A DNA stretch of 64,000 bases from Phoronis australis (GCA_002633005.1 NMRA01000367.1:274762-338761); one strand, 5' to 3'; positions 12,776 through 26,559 are shown, counted from the stretch's first letter. Made by a program: numbers and translations. The notes: generated by a model from the letters alone, not told the origin.

Positions 12776-15700
12776 AATTTTTCAGAATAAACCAATTTAG
12801 CATCACTGTTCTTTTGAAAGATGTCTGCGGGAATGTTTACAGGTTTCAATATAACCCTTTGAAAGATGAATACGGGAATGTTAACAGGTTTCAGTATAAC
12901 CCTTTCCAACACTTTCCAGCATCGGTCTGCTGCTGTGTATGCAAAACCTCACGATGGATGTTCCTGAAAATTTGCTGATATGTTTCTCTCTTAGATGGAA
13001 TGGCATGAACAAATTTTTGTATAGATCTAGTTATTGGTGTGCCCCCTAGTGGCAGTGTATAGATCTAGTTATTGGTGTGCTCTATTGGCATTTTTTGCAC
13101 ATTCTCCTGTGTTATTTTATTTTTGTGGTTGGTTTTTGGCGTCTGCTTTTTATCGGTCAAATCAGTTTAAGGATCATTATGAAAATCGGCATATGTGTTC
13201 TTACTGGGAATGCATGAGGAACGATGGTTGAACAGGTCCGACAACTGTGGTGCTGACTCTTGTGACAATTTTATTTTTTGCCTGTTGCTCAGTACAAGGT
13301 TCTTGATGGATCCTCATGATATTTGGCAATGGTGTTTTTATTGACTGTATTGGGACAAGTGAAACTGCTCAGCTTAGTCGTCTTTTTCTTTACGTTTGTC
13401 TCGTTATCTTACTTAGTTCCTAGTTGATGAATATTCATGAAATTTGGCAAGTTGTTTATGACGTAGGTGAAAGTACCAAACCTGCTTCAGTTGTGCCCCC
13501 TAGTGGCCTTTATGTTGTTTTTTGTGCCTTTGTTGACTGCCTCTCAATCCTCCAAACTTCTTGAAGATTGAAAACTGGTAGGTGTGCTCCTGTTGAAGAA
13601 AGCATTGAAAAGTGGTAGGTGTGCTCCTGTTGAAGAAAGCATTGAGAAGTGGTAGGTGTGTTCCTGTTGAAGATAGCATTGCTGATTTGCTTTGCATTCT
13701 TAGAGTTTACTTGCATTACTCTGTTCTGTAGAATATAAATCGGTAAATAAAACAACAAGAATGGATCAACTGAAATTTGAAATTTTCGGAGGTAACAACT
13801 TCCTTTATCAACAAAAACAGAAAAAAAAAAAAATGTAAGAATGTTTAAAATAATTATCTTTTGTATCTTCACTGTACATGACCTCATGGTGGGTGCATAT
13901 CAACCCTCCGTGTTGCTTTTATTCTTCCTGAGAATCAGCTTGTCATCAGTCTTGAGAGTACATTGTAAGATGTCTGTTTTTGATAAAAGTTGGGCCTATA
14001 TTGGAAGGTCAGCCTCATTTTCACAAAGACTTCCTCTGGGTCAGTATTTTATGCTATTAATACACCCTTGATGCAAAGAAGTAAAACATATTACACTGAT
14101 GTACCTATTTAAAGTATCGTCATGAATAATGTGAAAGTTGCTGTTCCCTAACAACCCCGAGTATGTGTGAACTGGTGGCATAAATTTGTTGTCAAGTGCT
14201 ACTTTCGCAATTTACTGGCTATTTTAAATAGAAATCTCATTCTGCATATTATTGCCTTGTCTACTGCTGTGTAAAATTTGACATGTTCGATCTCGCTGGT
14301 GTGTATATGCTACAGTTTAAACTTGACACTAGAATTGTGTATTGATGCCTTGTCATGCATTTTAAGTTGTCAGCCACCTGTTGGGGATAACTTTAAAAAN
14401 AATTTTTCAGAGTAAACCAATTTAGCATCACTGTTTTTTGAAAGATGTCTGCGGGAATGTTTACAGGTTTCAATATAACCCTTTGAAAGATGAATACGGG
14501 AATGTTAACAGGTTTCAGTATAACCCTTTCCAACACTTTCCAGCGTCGGTCTGCTGCTGTGTATCCAAAACCTCACGATGGATGTTCCTGAAAATTTGCT
14601 GATATGTTTCTCTCTTAGATGGAATGGCATGAACAAATTTTTGTATAGATCTAGTTATTGGTGTGTCCCCTAGTGGCAGTGTATAGATCTAGTTATTGGT
14701 GTGCCCCCTAGTGGCAGTGTATAGATCTAGTTATTGGTGTGCCCCCTAGTGGCAGTGTATAGATCTAGTTATAGGTGTGCTCTATTGCCATTTTTTTTGC
14801 ACATTCTCCTGTGTTATTTTATTTTTGTGGTTGGTTTTTGGCGTCTGCTTTTTATCGGTCAAATCAGTTTAAGGATCATTATGAAAATCGACATATGTGT
14901 TCTTACTGGGAATGCATGAGGAACGATGGTTTTTGAACAGGTCCGACAACTGTGGTGCTGACTCTTGTGACAATTTTATTTTTTGCCTGTTGCTCAGTAC
15001 AAGGTTCTTGATGGATCATCATGATATTTGGCAATGGTGTTTTTATTGACTGTATTGGGACAAGTGAAACTGCTCAGCTTAGTCGCCTTTTTCTTTACGT
15101 TTGTCTCGTTATCTTACTTAGTTCCTAGTTGATGAATATTCATGAAATTTGGCAAGTTGTTTATGACGTAGGTGAAAGTACCAAACCTGCTTCAGTTGTG
15201 CCCCCCTAGTGGCCTTTATGTTGTTTTTTGTGCCTTTGTTGACTGCCTCTCAATCCTCCAAACTTCTTGAAGATTGAAAAGTGGTAGGTGTGCTCCTGTT
15301 GAAGAAAGCATTGAAAAGTAGTAGGTGTGTTCCTGTTGAAGATAACATTGCTGATTTGCTTTGCATTCTTAGAGTTTACTAGCATTACTCTGTTCTATAA
15401 GAATGTTTAAAATAATTATCTTTTGTATCTTCACTGTACATGACCACATGGTGGGTGCATATCAACGCTCCGTGTTGCTTTTATTCTTCCTGAGAATCAG
15501 CTTGTCATCAGTCTTGAGAGTACATTGTAAGATGTCTGTTTTTGATAAAAGTTGGGCCTATATTGGAAGGTCAGCCTCATTTTCACAAAGACTTCCTCTG
15601 GGTCAGTATTTTATGCTATTAATACACCCTTGATGCAAAGAAGTAAAACATATTACACTGATGTATTTAAAGTATCGTCATGAATAATTTGAAAGTTGCT

Positions 15701-15957
15701 GTTCCCTAACAACCCCGAGTATGTGTGAACTGGTGGCATAAACTTGTTGTCAAGTGCTACTTTCGCCATTTACTGGCTATTTTAAATAGAAATCTCATTC
15801 TGCATATTATTGCCTTGTCTACTGCTGTGTAAAATTTGACATGTTCGATCTTGCTGGTGTGCATATGCTACAGTTTAAACTTGACACTAGAATTGTGTAT
15901 TGATGCCTTGTCATGCATTTTAAGTTGTCAGCCACCTGTTGGGGATAACTTTAAAAA
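12776..15957. other. Apparent haplotype duplication (12776-14399 vs 14401-15957)
   Basis: Near-identical blocks joined by a single n at 14400, differing by SNPs, VNTR copy number and an indel. Confidence 0.85.
12915..13525 (+). mobile_element. Internal units of the same HINE-like family (allelic copy ~14535-15230)
   Basis: Recurring atgaaatttggca-like motif at ~12963, 13179, 13316 and 13437, with tgtgccccctagtggc at 13038 and 13492. No 3' hairpin end seen. Confidence 0.5.
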
Positions 15958-16444
15958 CAACCATATACCTTGTACTTAAACTTTAAACTTTCAGTGTAAT
16001 TGCAAGTTTGAAATCGTGATTTATAACTAGGTTGTGAAAATTAAACCATGGTTATTAATCAGTCTGGTATTTCCTTTGTTAAATCTGAAGCCTTAGTCAT
16101 GGATTACAGGTATAGTCGTCAAGGTGACGAACTTTGTATCTGTGAACACATTAAGAGAACTTGTTCCAAGGCAAATTAATAAAACTGTTGACATTCACCA
16201 GACTGCAGGTGTACATTCAGTTCCCATGAAGTTTTACCAAAAGCTACATTTGAACTCTGTCTCAAGTGTGTGCAATCTGTTAATGATACACTAACGCTTG
16301 AGTTTGAGGCTGCAGGATGGGAGCAACTTGTTGAGCCCCATGTCATTACTACTCTTTCCTTGCTCACAAACCACATCTAATCTGTATAGAGAACAAGATG
16401 TCGCTGTAAAGGGACAAAGTGACTCTTTGACACAACTCTCATTA

Positions 16445-16707
16445 CAACTGTTGATGTCGTTTGGCATGTTGTAACCTAGTGAACAACCAACAATACAAAC
16501 TGTTGATGTTGTTTGGCATGTTGTAACCTAGTGAACAACCAACAATACAAACTGTTGATGTCGTTTGGCATGTTGTAGCCTAGTGAACAACCAACAATAC
16601 AAACTGTTGATGTCGTTTGGCATGTTGTAGCCTAGTGAACAACCAACAATACAAACTGTTGATGTCGTTTGGCATGTTGTAGCCTAGTGAACAACCAACA
16701 ATACAAA
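16445..16707. repeat. 52-bp minisatellite, 5 copies
   Basis: Unit actgttgatgtcgtttggcatgttgtarcctagtgaacaaccaacaatacaa. Confidence 0.95.
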
Positions 16708-17225
16708 TTCCAAACTCATCGCAAATTTCTAGTAGAATTCAATTTCAATAGTGAACACTGTCCATAGCTGAAGCTAAGACTACAATGGAGATATTTCTGT
16801 ATGTTTTAACGAATTCTCACCATGACCCTGTATCTGAAAAAGAATTTCATTAATACATTTTAAGAGATTTAATAGCCTTTAGTATACCTGTTGCTATGAA
16901 ACAAGCCAGAAATTTTTAAAAAAAATTCTGTTATCTGGTTTGACTTTAATGGGTGAAAGACCGTCTCCGCCATTTTTGTTTTTACTATTGATACTGCGGA
17001 GTTGTGAGGAAAGTCTGCAGAGAGCCGCCTTTTTCAAACATGAAAAATGTGTTTGTGGAGACTGTGGTATTAACAACTTGACTGAGAACGTCTCTGTGTT
17101 CAAATTTCCTAAATATGTGAAAGTTGCATAGAAATGGCATCAGTTTGTGCAGCGCACGAGAGTTTGGAATGTCAGTATGGAACATCATTGTTGAGTGTTT
17201 TTTAAATGAAATTACATCAACGTGG

Positions 17226-17430
17226 TATATCCCTGAACACACTGCATGTAGCCTATAGTTATATCCCTAAGCACACTACATGTAGCCTATAGTTATATCC
17301 TTAAGCACACTACATGTAGCCTATAGTTATATCCCTAAGCACACTACATGTAGCCTATAGTTATATCCCTAAGCACACTACATGTAGCCTATAGTTATAT
17401 CCCTAAGCACACTACATGTAGCCTATAGTT
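17226..17430. repeat. 34-bp minisatellite, 6 copies
   Basis: Unit tatatccctaagcacactacatgtagcctatagt. Confidence 0.95.
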
Positions 17431-17635
17431 CAACATCATGTGTAATTGTATACTGGCAACTGAATAGACTCATTTTTTGTGTCACCTCAAGATTTTTTTG
17501 TTGAGATTTTCTGACAGGTTGGTGTTGCTTCAGTCCAAACTCATGAAGTTACTTGTCTTAGGCTTAGTTGGCTGTGTGACCCACAACATAATTTCAAATG
17601 ATTAAGTAAGTTTCATTCAAACAACTCCTAAGAAT

Positions 17636-17908
17636 CAGGGCTTTATCCAGGATTTCGAAAATATGGTGTCCAAAAGGAGATAACCAATATTCCAGGACGT
17701 CCATGATTCCAACGACACATTACCCCCACTCCCCCTTCCCCCCCACACACACAGGTTTTTTTACAAAAATGCGTTGAACAAGGCTTTTACCTCTAAGTTT
17801 ACAAAAACAGCTCTTTTATAGTGAGCTTTTTACTGAAAAATTGTGTGGATCAAGATGTCCAGATTAGTGCTAGGGCGTCCAAATGGACGTACGCTGCATG
17901 AAGGCCTG
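17636..17908. mobile_element. hAT-like MITE, 273 bp
   Basis: TIRs cagggctttatccag / ctgcatgaaggcctg match 12/15 as inverted repeats. The 8-bp TSD is ctaagaat (17628-17635) / ttaagaat (17909-17916). Confidence 0.8.
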
Positions 17909-19400
17909 TTAAGAATGTGATAAGGTTGGAAGGATACTTGTGTAAAGAAGGAATCAGACGCCAGTATAAAGGAGGTTCAGACCACAGTGTGAAGAAGGTT
18001 CATTTGATTTCCAGAGAATGGGTTGCAATGCCTTTGTTAGACATAACAAAAACAGGAATGTTCTATTGGGTCGACCAAATTTGTAACTGGTTGGTGTCGA
18101 GAAAATATGAACTCCATAAGTTGTCAATCAAACTTGTTATGTTATTCAATATTCTGAACTAACATATGGATATCTTGCATATCTTTGTACAATTGTTGGT
18201 ATTAATTGAACACTTCCAAGATGCTATCTATACTACATGATATTTCTGATCATCTATTGTTCATGCTCTTTTTGTCCTCTTCACCATGTTTGTTCAAACT
18301 GATTACGTTAATTGTCCTCTCCTCAATAACATAAGATGTGTTTATATTTCTCTCTCTATCCAGATAATTTGCTTCTTAACCGGAGATCACTATCATGCCA
18401 GTTACCATTTTTTATTTCTTTATGTTCACAATAACTGCTTGACACTTGAAAAGAGTTTTTATTCGCTGTTATTTTAGTATCAAAAGGGTCTGTTGTAGAC
18501 ATGAATTCACAGGTATAGATGGAATAGATTTCTTGTAAAAATTTATGTCTTTCTAACATGTGAATTAAATCTTTGGATTTTCTTTGTTGGGTGTTGAAAA
18601 GCACCAATTGTTTAGCAAAACTAAAGATGGAGAACCTTTGGAATACGTCATGGTAACTTTCCTGCTGCATGGCGTCAGTTTTGTCAGTTTTCTTGTCTCT
18701 GTTCTTATCACTAAAAAGTTGTGTATTGAGTTAGCATTCCAGATGGCATCATTGTATCCTATTCTTCTCTGTGTAAAGGAATATGTTTATCTCAGACTCT
18801 TACATTTACCTATGTGGAGCCTGGTATGGCGCTACTGAAAGACATTTCACTGTTGTTTCTGTTATCGTTATTTGAATTTATGCGTGATATTCTACCAGAC
18901 AAGGCCACTAGAGGGAGCAAACCTTTTGTCCTTCGTATAAAAACAATATTTTTATGACAGGTCCTCGTTTAGTGATTGTTTATTATAAACATACTTCGAC
19001 AAATACGGGCATACCAACTTTTGATCAACTGTAGCTTGTCAGTTCTGAATATACTGGATATATCAACAGTACCTGTTGTTTTTCTTGCTATTTGATTTTG
19101 TGAATATCAGGGTCAGTGGTGGTCAGTGGTGGTCAGTTTTGATTGTCCCATGATTGTGTTTGTACTGTAAATTGGAATCACCTGCAAATGTGTCTGTCTC
19201 TGTCATTTCAAATTGCTTTAAATTATGTTCAAGTTGGTGTGAAATTTGTCTAGGGCTGTGACTATCTCTCCAAACAGGTTAGTATTGGAGCTTATTTGTT
19301 GCACTTATTGACCAACTCCTGGTAAAATGTTGCCACTTTCACATCCAGTATGGCAGGCAAGTCAATTCAAAGAAGATTAGAGACATTGTTTTATCATTTT

Positions 19401-20061
19401 TATAATTCCCTGTCGTAGTTGCTTTCAGACAGTGATTTGAGAAATTATGTACCTTCACAACAATGTCATAAAGGTTTGAACACTTAAAAGAAGAGCAATG
19501 ACAATAATTTTTGTTTGAAGTGGATGAAATTAATGCACTGTTCACACAGATATTGATTGATATGACTTTTGTTAAGGTCACATTATGACAAGTTTTGGTT
19601 GTATGACTTGTACTGTGGTGCTGTCTGCTACATGGCTAAATGTTAATATAGTTTTGGTTGTATGACTTGTACTGTGGTGCTGTCTGCTACATGGCCAAAT
19701 GTTAATATAGTTTTGGTTGTATGACTTGTACTGTGGTGCTGTCTGCTACATGGCCAAATGTTAATACAGTTTTGGTTGTATGACTTGTACTGTGGTGCTG
19801 TCTGCNTATAATTCCCTGTCGTAGTTGCTTTCAGACAGTGATTTGAGAAATTATGTACCTTCACAACAATGTCATAAAGGTTTGAACACTTAAAAGAAGA
19901 GCAATGACAATAATTTTTGTTTGAAGTGGATGAAATTAATGCACTGTTCACACAGATGTTGATTGATATGACTTTTGTTAAGGTCACATTATGACAAGTT
20001 TTGGTTGTATGACTTGTTCTGTGGTGCAGTGTCTGCTACATGGCTAAATGTTAATACAGTT
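19401..20061. other. Apparent haplotype duplication (19401-19805 vs 19807-20061)
   Basis: The sequence restarts at tataattccc after the single n at 19806. Confidence 0.85.
19591..19805. repeat. 59-bp minisatellite, ~3.6 copies (about 1 copy in the duplicated segment)
   Basis: Unit agttttggttgtatgacttgtactgtggtgctgtctgctacatggcyaaatgttaatay. Confidence 0.9.
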
Positions 20062-20364
20062 TCCCTTGGGTCACAAATATTTCTCCTGTAAGAGATCATC
20101 AGCCCAATAATCCAAAAACTATTTACTAACTATCCTTTCTTTCCAGAGGTATACTTTCTTTTTGCTCTTTTGTTATTTCTACATTTTCTTCTGTTGATCT
20201 TTTACCAGTTGGTTGACCCTCCATGTGTGCCTGTTTTGTCCATGTCCAAACATCCCCCCAGTCCTATTGACTGTCAGTGTTTACTCTCTTCATTGTTGGA
20301 TGGTAATTTGAACACTTCATTTGGCCCACTTGTTTATAAAGGCTTTTTACACTGGTGCAATCTT

Positions 20365-21000
20365 TACATGGATGGTTTATCATTGTAGTTCTATAGCCTC
20401 TCTGGCTGTCTCTACTGCCTGGATGGTTTATCTTTGTAGTTCTAGCCTCTCTAACTGTCTCTACTGTGTGGATGGTTTATCATTGTAGTTCTAGCCTCTC
20501 TGTCTCTATTGCGTGGATGGTTTATCATTGTAGTTCTAGCCTGTCTAACTGTCTCTACTGCACGGATGGTTTATCATTGTAGTTCTAGCCTCTATAACAG
20601 GGCTCGACATAATGAGCTGCAGGTCGCATTTGCGACCTGAAATTTGGAAATGCGAGCTGAGATTTTTGTCAGCTCGTATAAAGTCGCAAAATGCGACCTG
20701 GAATTTCCAACGAATGCGAGCTGAGTTTTTACACTTCTCAACAGATACCTGGCAAATTCACAGCAGCTCTTGTTAATCCGAACGTTATTTGGTTGTTGCC
20801 AAATACAAGTTCAAAAGAACACTAACCGAGAACAGGCCTCCCGATNCTCTACTGCATGGTTGGTTTATCATTGTAGTTCTAGCCTCTCTAACTGTCTCTA
20901 CTACATGGATGGTTTATCATTGTAGGTCTAGCCTCTTTAACTGTCTCTACTGCGTGGATGGTTTATCATTGTAGTTCTAGCCTCTTTAACTGTCTCTATT
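20365..21000. repeat. ~49-bp minisatellite interrupted by a hAT-like fragment
   Basis: Unit ggatggtttatcattgtagttctagcctctctaactgtctctactgcgt. Confidence 0.9.
20598..20845 (+). mobile_element. 5' end of a hAT-like element inserted in a minisatellite, truncated by an assembly join
   Basis: Begins cagggctcgacataa, with repeated subterminal tgcga(c/g)ctg motifs and an inner palindrome caggtcgcatttgcgacctg. Ends at the n at 20846. Confidence 0.6.
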
Positions 21001-21034
21001 TCTGTTTGCCATGCACAGTATCATCTCCTATGGG

Positions 21035-21352
21035 AGCGTTTTGGAAGTTGCAAGAATCAGTTTGCCAGCATAAATTCATTGTTGACCGCCAAACACGGTT
21101 TACGAACAAACGCCAAACACGGTTTACGGACAAAATAGAGATGTCAGCTGACCCAGGAAGCCGATGAGTCCGTGACCCGTTTGGCGGTCCGTTAACCGTG
21201 TTTCCTCGTGAATATGAGTCCGTGTTTCGTGTATTTGGGTGCGTGGATCATGTTTTGTGAGTCCGTTCCCGTGTTTGTGAGTCAGTGGACAGTGTTTGCA
21301 GGTCCGTGAGTCGTGTTTATGAGTCGGTTGACCGAGTAGTTTAGGTACCTTG
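21035..21352. mobile_element. CpG-rich transposon-like fragment with short internal repeats
   Basis: Duplicated cgccaaacacggtttacg and many ccgtg/tcgtgtt motifs against a CpG-poor background. Termini not defined. Confidence 0.35.
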
Positions 21353-24300
21353 ATTAAGCTGGCTGAAATAACTGAATGCACAATACAACTGTGTTGGTCT
21401 TATATTGCCACTAACATTGACACTTGGGTGTGTAAGGGAGCATCTGTCACTGGGAACACTTTTATGACACCTAAGTTTCAACAGGTGGTGCTGTCAATGG
21501 AGTTAAATTACCAATTTCCCAACATTTTCGTCTTCATTTTTATTTTGTTTGCTATTTTACATCTTTAGCCATTGCATTTTCCCAAATTTGTACTCTACTC
21601 TTACTATTAAAAAGTGACACTGCCCAAACATCTATGAGATTAAGTTCAAGTTAACTTGCCTTCGATGCACCACGGCAACTGATGCACTTTCATTACCAGA
21701 CTCCTTTATGATGGAAATGAATGCACAAAAGCTGTGTCCTGAAGAAAACAATCCAACTTAAAGTGAAAGTCCAGCCTGCGACAGGTGAAAGTTAGCAAAG
21801 TTTGCGGACCACGCCATGATGTGACCAATAAGAAACAGTCTACATAAGCAGCGTAGTGACAGCACAAAAGCATCTTGTGTGGAAGACAGGCAATATCTTT
21901 CATTAAGGAATATTTTTACGGGTTGGGCATTTCTTGTGAATCTTATGAATATCTCTGACTGCACACTTACATGGCAATTTAAAGATACGATGGTCAAAAA
22001 AAATTATTAAAAAAATTTCTCCAAAATTTCCCACTACATTGAGTTTATGCAACTATACAGAACTTTAGTCACCTACGATTACCCTAGCGCCACCTAGCGA
22101 CAAGGCTTATTTCGTCAAGTCACTGCTATTTTGAAAAATGGCACCTAGTTCATTTGATTGTTATATTTTCACATGTTGAAGTTAGCCGTGAGCTGAAGTA
22201 AGTTCCATTTGAAGCAACCAGCTGAGTCAAAGGAGCTTAAGTCTGTTGTCAGCGTCAGGTGTCAAGGAGTCAGAGTTTATCTCTTGTTAAACTTACTTAT
22301 CTTGAGGTCTACATGTAGCTAGGCATGCTAGCAGTGAACTGAGACATGAGCCGAGTCATGTCTCAGGGTCATGAAATGCTGTGCCATTATTTGATCACTT
22401 TGATTTGAAGCACTCTGTCAGCCAACATGCACTGGCTCATCACGCTGGTGTCTGTTGACCAAGTTTTGTAAGTTCTGTAAAATTTAGGACTGTGAAGAAT
22501 TAAATTTTTTTGCCAATATTTGCGTCCACAGCTGTATATCCTACTATTTGCACGATCTTTTTGAAATTTAGCAGAATGTGTTCGTATGGAGATGGCGAGA
22601 TTCAGACCAATCCAGCTACAACTGTGCTCCCTATTGACAATTTTATTTTTTTTGTTTGCCTCTGTAATTTAGAGTTCCTTGATGCAAATTTCTATATGAA
22701 GACAAGAGCTCTTTACCTTGTGTGATGAATTTGACTTATCCTGCACCAACTAGTGGCCATTTTATTTAATTTAGTCTGTTTTTTTTTTGCTGTCTGCATA
22801 TGCCCAACTGTGCAGAAGATTATTATGATAGTTGGCAGATGTGTTCCTACTGACAAGAGCACTACTGATGTGAGTTTTCAAACTGGTCCAACTAGTGTAG
22901 TGCCCCCTATTGACATATTTTTTCACTAGATGTTTTGCAATTGTATTCCTATTAACTAGACTGCAGATGGACGGATTTGACAGTGACTACCACTGTGGTT
23001 CCCAGTGGCAGTTTTTTTACATTTGCCTTTGTGTCTGTTAAGTTCTTTGATGGATTTTCATGAAATTTGGCAAATAGTTTTGAGAGATGGCAATGTATTC
23101 TNAGTGGACAGTGTTTGCAGGTCCGTGAGTCGTGTTCATGTGTTCGTGCCCGTGCTTATGAGTCGGTTGACCGTGTAGTTTAGGTACCTTGATTAAGCTG
23201 GCTGAAATAACTGAATGCACAATACAACTGTGTTGGTCTTATATTGCCACTAACATTGACACTTAGGTGTGTAATGGAGCATCTGTCACTGGGAACACTT
23301 TTATGACACCTAAGTTTCAACAGGTGGTGCTGTCAATGGAGTTAAATTAGCAATTTCCCAACATTTTCGTCTTCATTTTTATTTTGTTTGCCATTTTACA
23401 TCTTTAGCCATTGCATTTTCCCAAATTTGTACTCTACTCTTACTATTAAAAAGTGACACTGCCCATACATCAATGAGATTAAGTTCAAGTTAACTTGCCT
23501 TCATCGATGCACCACGGCAACTGATGCAGTTTCATTACCAGACTCCTTTATGATGGAAATGAATGCACAAAAGCTGTGTCCTGAAGAAAAAAATCCAACT
23601 TAAAGTGAAAGTCCAGCCTGCGACAAGTGAAAGTTAGCAAAGTTTGCGGACCACGCCATGATGTGACCAATAAGAAACAGTCTACATAAGCAGCGTAGTG
23701 ACAGCACAAAAGCATCTTGTGTGGAAGACAGGCAATATCTTTCATTAAGGAATATTTTTACGAGTTGGACATTTCGTGTGAATCTTATGAATATCTCTGA
23801 CTGCACACTTACATGGCAATTTAAAGATACGATGGTCAAAAAAAATTATTAAAAAAATTTCTCCAAAATTTCCCACTACATTGAGTGTATGCAACTATAC
23901 AGAACTTTAGTCACCTACCATTACCCTAGCGCCACCTAGCGACAAGGCTTATTTCGTCAAGTCGCTGCTATTTTGAAAAATGGCACCTTAAGTTCATTTG
24001 ATTGTTGTATTTTCACATGTTGAAGTTAGCCGTAAGCTGAAGTAAGTTCCATTTGAAGCAACCAGCTTAGTCAAAGGAGCTTAAGTCTGTTGTCAGCGTC
24101 AGGTGTCAAGGAGTCAGAGTTTATCTCTTGTTAAACTTACTTATCTTGAGGTCTACATGTAGCTAGGCATGCTAGTAGTGAACTGAGACATGAGCCGAGT
24201 CATGTCTCAGGGTCATGAAATGCTGTGCCATTATTTGATCACTTTGATTTGAAGCACTCTGTCAGCCAACATGCACTGGCTCATCACGCTGGTGTCTGTT

Positions 24301-24943
24301 GACCAACTTTTGTAAGTTCTGTAAAATTTAGGACTGTGAAGAATTAAATGTTTTTTGCCAATATTTGCGTCCACAGCTGTATATCCTACTATTTGCACGA
24401 TCTTTTTGAAATTTAGCAGAACGTGTTCGTATGGAGATGGCGAGATTCAGACCAATCCAGCTACAACTGTGCTCCCTATTGACAATTTTATTTTTTATGT
24501 TTGCCTCTGTAATTTAGAGTTCCTTGATGCGAATTTCTATATGAAGACAAGAGCTCCTTACCTTGTGTGATGAATTTGACTTATCCTGCACCAACTAGTG
24601 GCCATTATATTTAATTTAGTCTGTTTTTTTGCTGTCTGCATATGCCCAACTGTGCAGAAGATTACTATGATAGTTGGCAGATGTGTTCCTACTGACAAGA
24701 GCACTACTGATGTGAGTTTTCAAACTGGTCCAACTAGTGTAGTGCCCCCTATTGACATATTTTTTCACTAGATGCTTTGCAATTGTATTCCTATTAACTT
24801 GACTGCAGATGGACGGATTTGACAGTGACTACCACTGTGGTTCCCAGTGGCAGTTTTTTTACATTTGCCTTTGTGTCTGTTAAGTTCTTTGATGGATTTT
24901 CATGAAATTTGGCTAATAGTTTTGAGAGATGGCAATGTATTCT
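21284..24943. other. Apparent haplotype duplication (21284-23101 vs 23103-24943)
   Basis: Near-identical ~1.8-kb blocks joined by a single n at 23102. Confidence 0.85.
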
Positions 24944-25047
24944 TAGACATTAAATGGCCATTTCTGAGATACAAATAAACACCCCCAGAAGCACACCATT
25001 TGCGATGCAGTTGTGGGAGCATTTCAACGCTCCGCGTTTCTCTTGTT
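24355..25047 (+). mobile_element. Longer copy of the same HINE-like family (allelic partial copy at 22510-23101)
   Basis: About five ~130-150-bp degenerate units (..gaaatttggc.. to gtgccccctattgac / gcaccaactagtggcc) and the shared 3' end accatttgcgatgcagttgtgggagcatttcaacgctccgcgtttctcttgtt. Confidence 0.6.
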
Positions 25048-26559
25048 CACTTCAGCTGGCCACACAAATCAACCATCATGCGAGATCTGTCGGTGAGATC
25101 TGGGTCTGCGAGATCTGGGTCTGCCTATGTTTTTGTTGGCTGTAAACAAATCTGGGAATTATTTTGATCAATAGGTGGTATTTGTGTTTCACAATTAGAA
25201 GTTCATTAAATAAAACTTGTTGGTCACTACTGTTTTGATCATTTGAAATAATTCTGTTTATGCGGAAAATAAAAAATCAAATGCCTAACGCTCTTTGTAA
25301 TGAATCGAGGGATCTGCCTTCTGACGAGTTGTTTTATAATGGCAACTAAATGGGACTGATTCAGATTTTCAATATTTTACCAATAGATGTCACTTGCGTG
25401 TGCTGCAAGCTCTGAAGATAGTTTGTGGAATTGATAATAGGAGTCTCTCGTGTATGAAACAAAACTGTTTATGCTGATACAAAGTTGTATATAATTTCCT
25501 ATTCTGTACAGTACAGTATATTGGTTACCAGTTACTTCAATTTACACTGTATGTATTGATATCGAGTTCTGAAACTATTTTGTTTTCTGGTCACTAAAAT
25601 TGTCAAACACTATCACACTACAGTTCGTGCGTACAATTGTTCAATTTCGTGATTAACAGTTCTATTATTAATAAAGTTCCTCTATTAATTAGCTTAAGTT
25701 TATTAGCTTATATGGTTTGCTGTGCATAATTTGATTAGCACACACAACTAGGTCTTGATCTTATATCACCAAAGAATGACTGTGAAGTTGTAAGTCTATG
25801 CGCTTGTCATAGAAACCCAAGATTATCGACATTTCTCCACGTTGTATAGTGTATTCTATTCATGTAATAATTCCTTTAAATATTGACAGTCAAAAGTGTG
25901 TTTACACTCTTTAAGTTGACACAACACTATTAGTGTCAACAGATCTGGAACTGTTAAAAAGTTGATATAAAATATCAATTGATCAATAAAAAAGACATGA
26001 TAGCTTTTAATGCGGACAATGTGTGTCAGGCATAGGGGAAAAGTTGTGCAATACAAAGCATGATATTAATGAGTCTGCCCTTTGGGGAGATTTAACTACC
26101 ATTGATAGTTTTTGTACAATGCTTTGTGAGACATTGTGGTCTTGTACATGCAGTTGGTTGATATCTGTTAAAAACTATAAACAATGTCTGACATAGCACA
26201 TGTTTTATACAAGGACACCAAAGTCTAGCATGCATAGAACTTATCTTTGACTAGGACACATGCTGAGTAAAGTCAAAATGCTTTTAGTGATGAAATAACA
26301 TTTTTGAGAACTAACTGGTGTCATGTGAGTTTGTTGTGACAATATTTTGTTGGTTGGTTTGCTGATACCAGAACACACCTAAAAATCAATGTTTATTTAC
26401 TCTGCGGCACTTTTGGTCGTTGCAGTCTGTTGTTTTATTGTCATTCATGTGTTGTTGTTGTTCTTACCCCCTGACAATAAGCTGGTAATCCTGTGTAGAG
26501 TGATAGAAAGCAGTGAAGACCAGTGAAGGCCAGGCCAGTAATCAATGCAGTTGTGATAT

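Noticed and set aside
13841-15633. Duplicated 76-aa ORFs (and duplicated ORFs in 21706-24570) suggesting a small gene family
   Set aside because: They arise from haplotype duplication artefacts. The starts and composition are non-coding-like, with no recognisable domain.
16445-17430. CRISPR-like regular repeats (also 58418-58835 and 32491-32637)
   Set aside because: Head-to-tail minisatellites with no unique spacers, no cas genes and a eukaryotic context.
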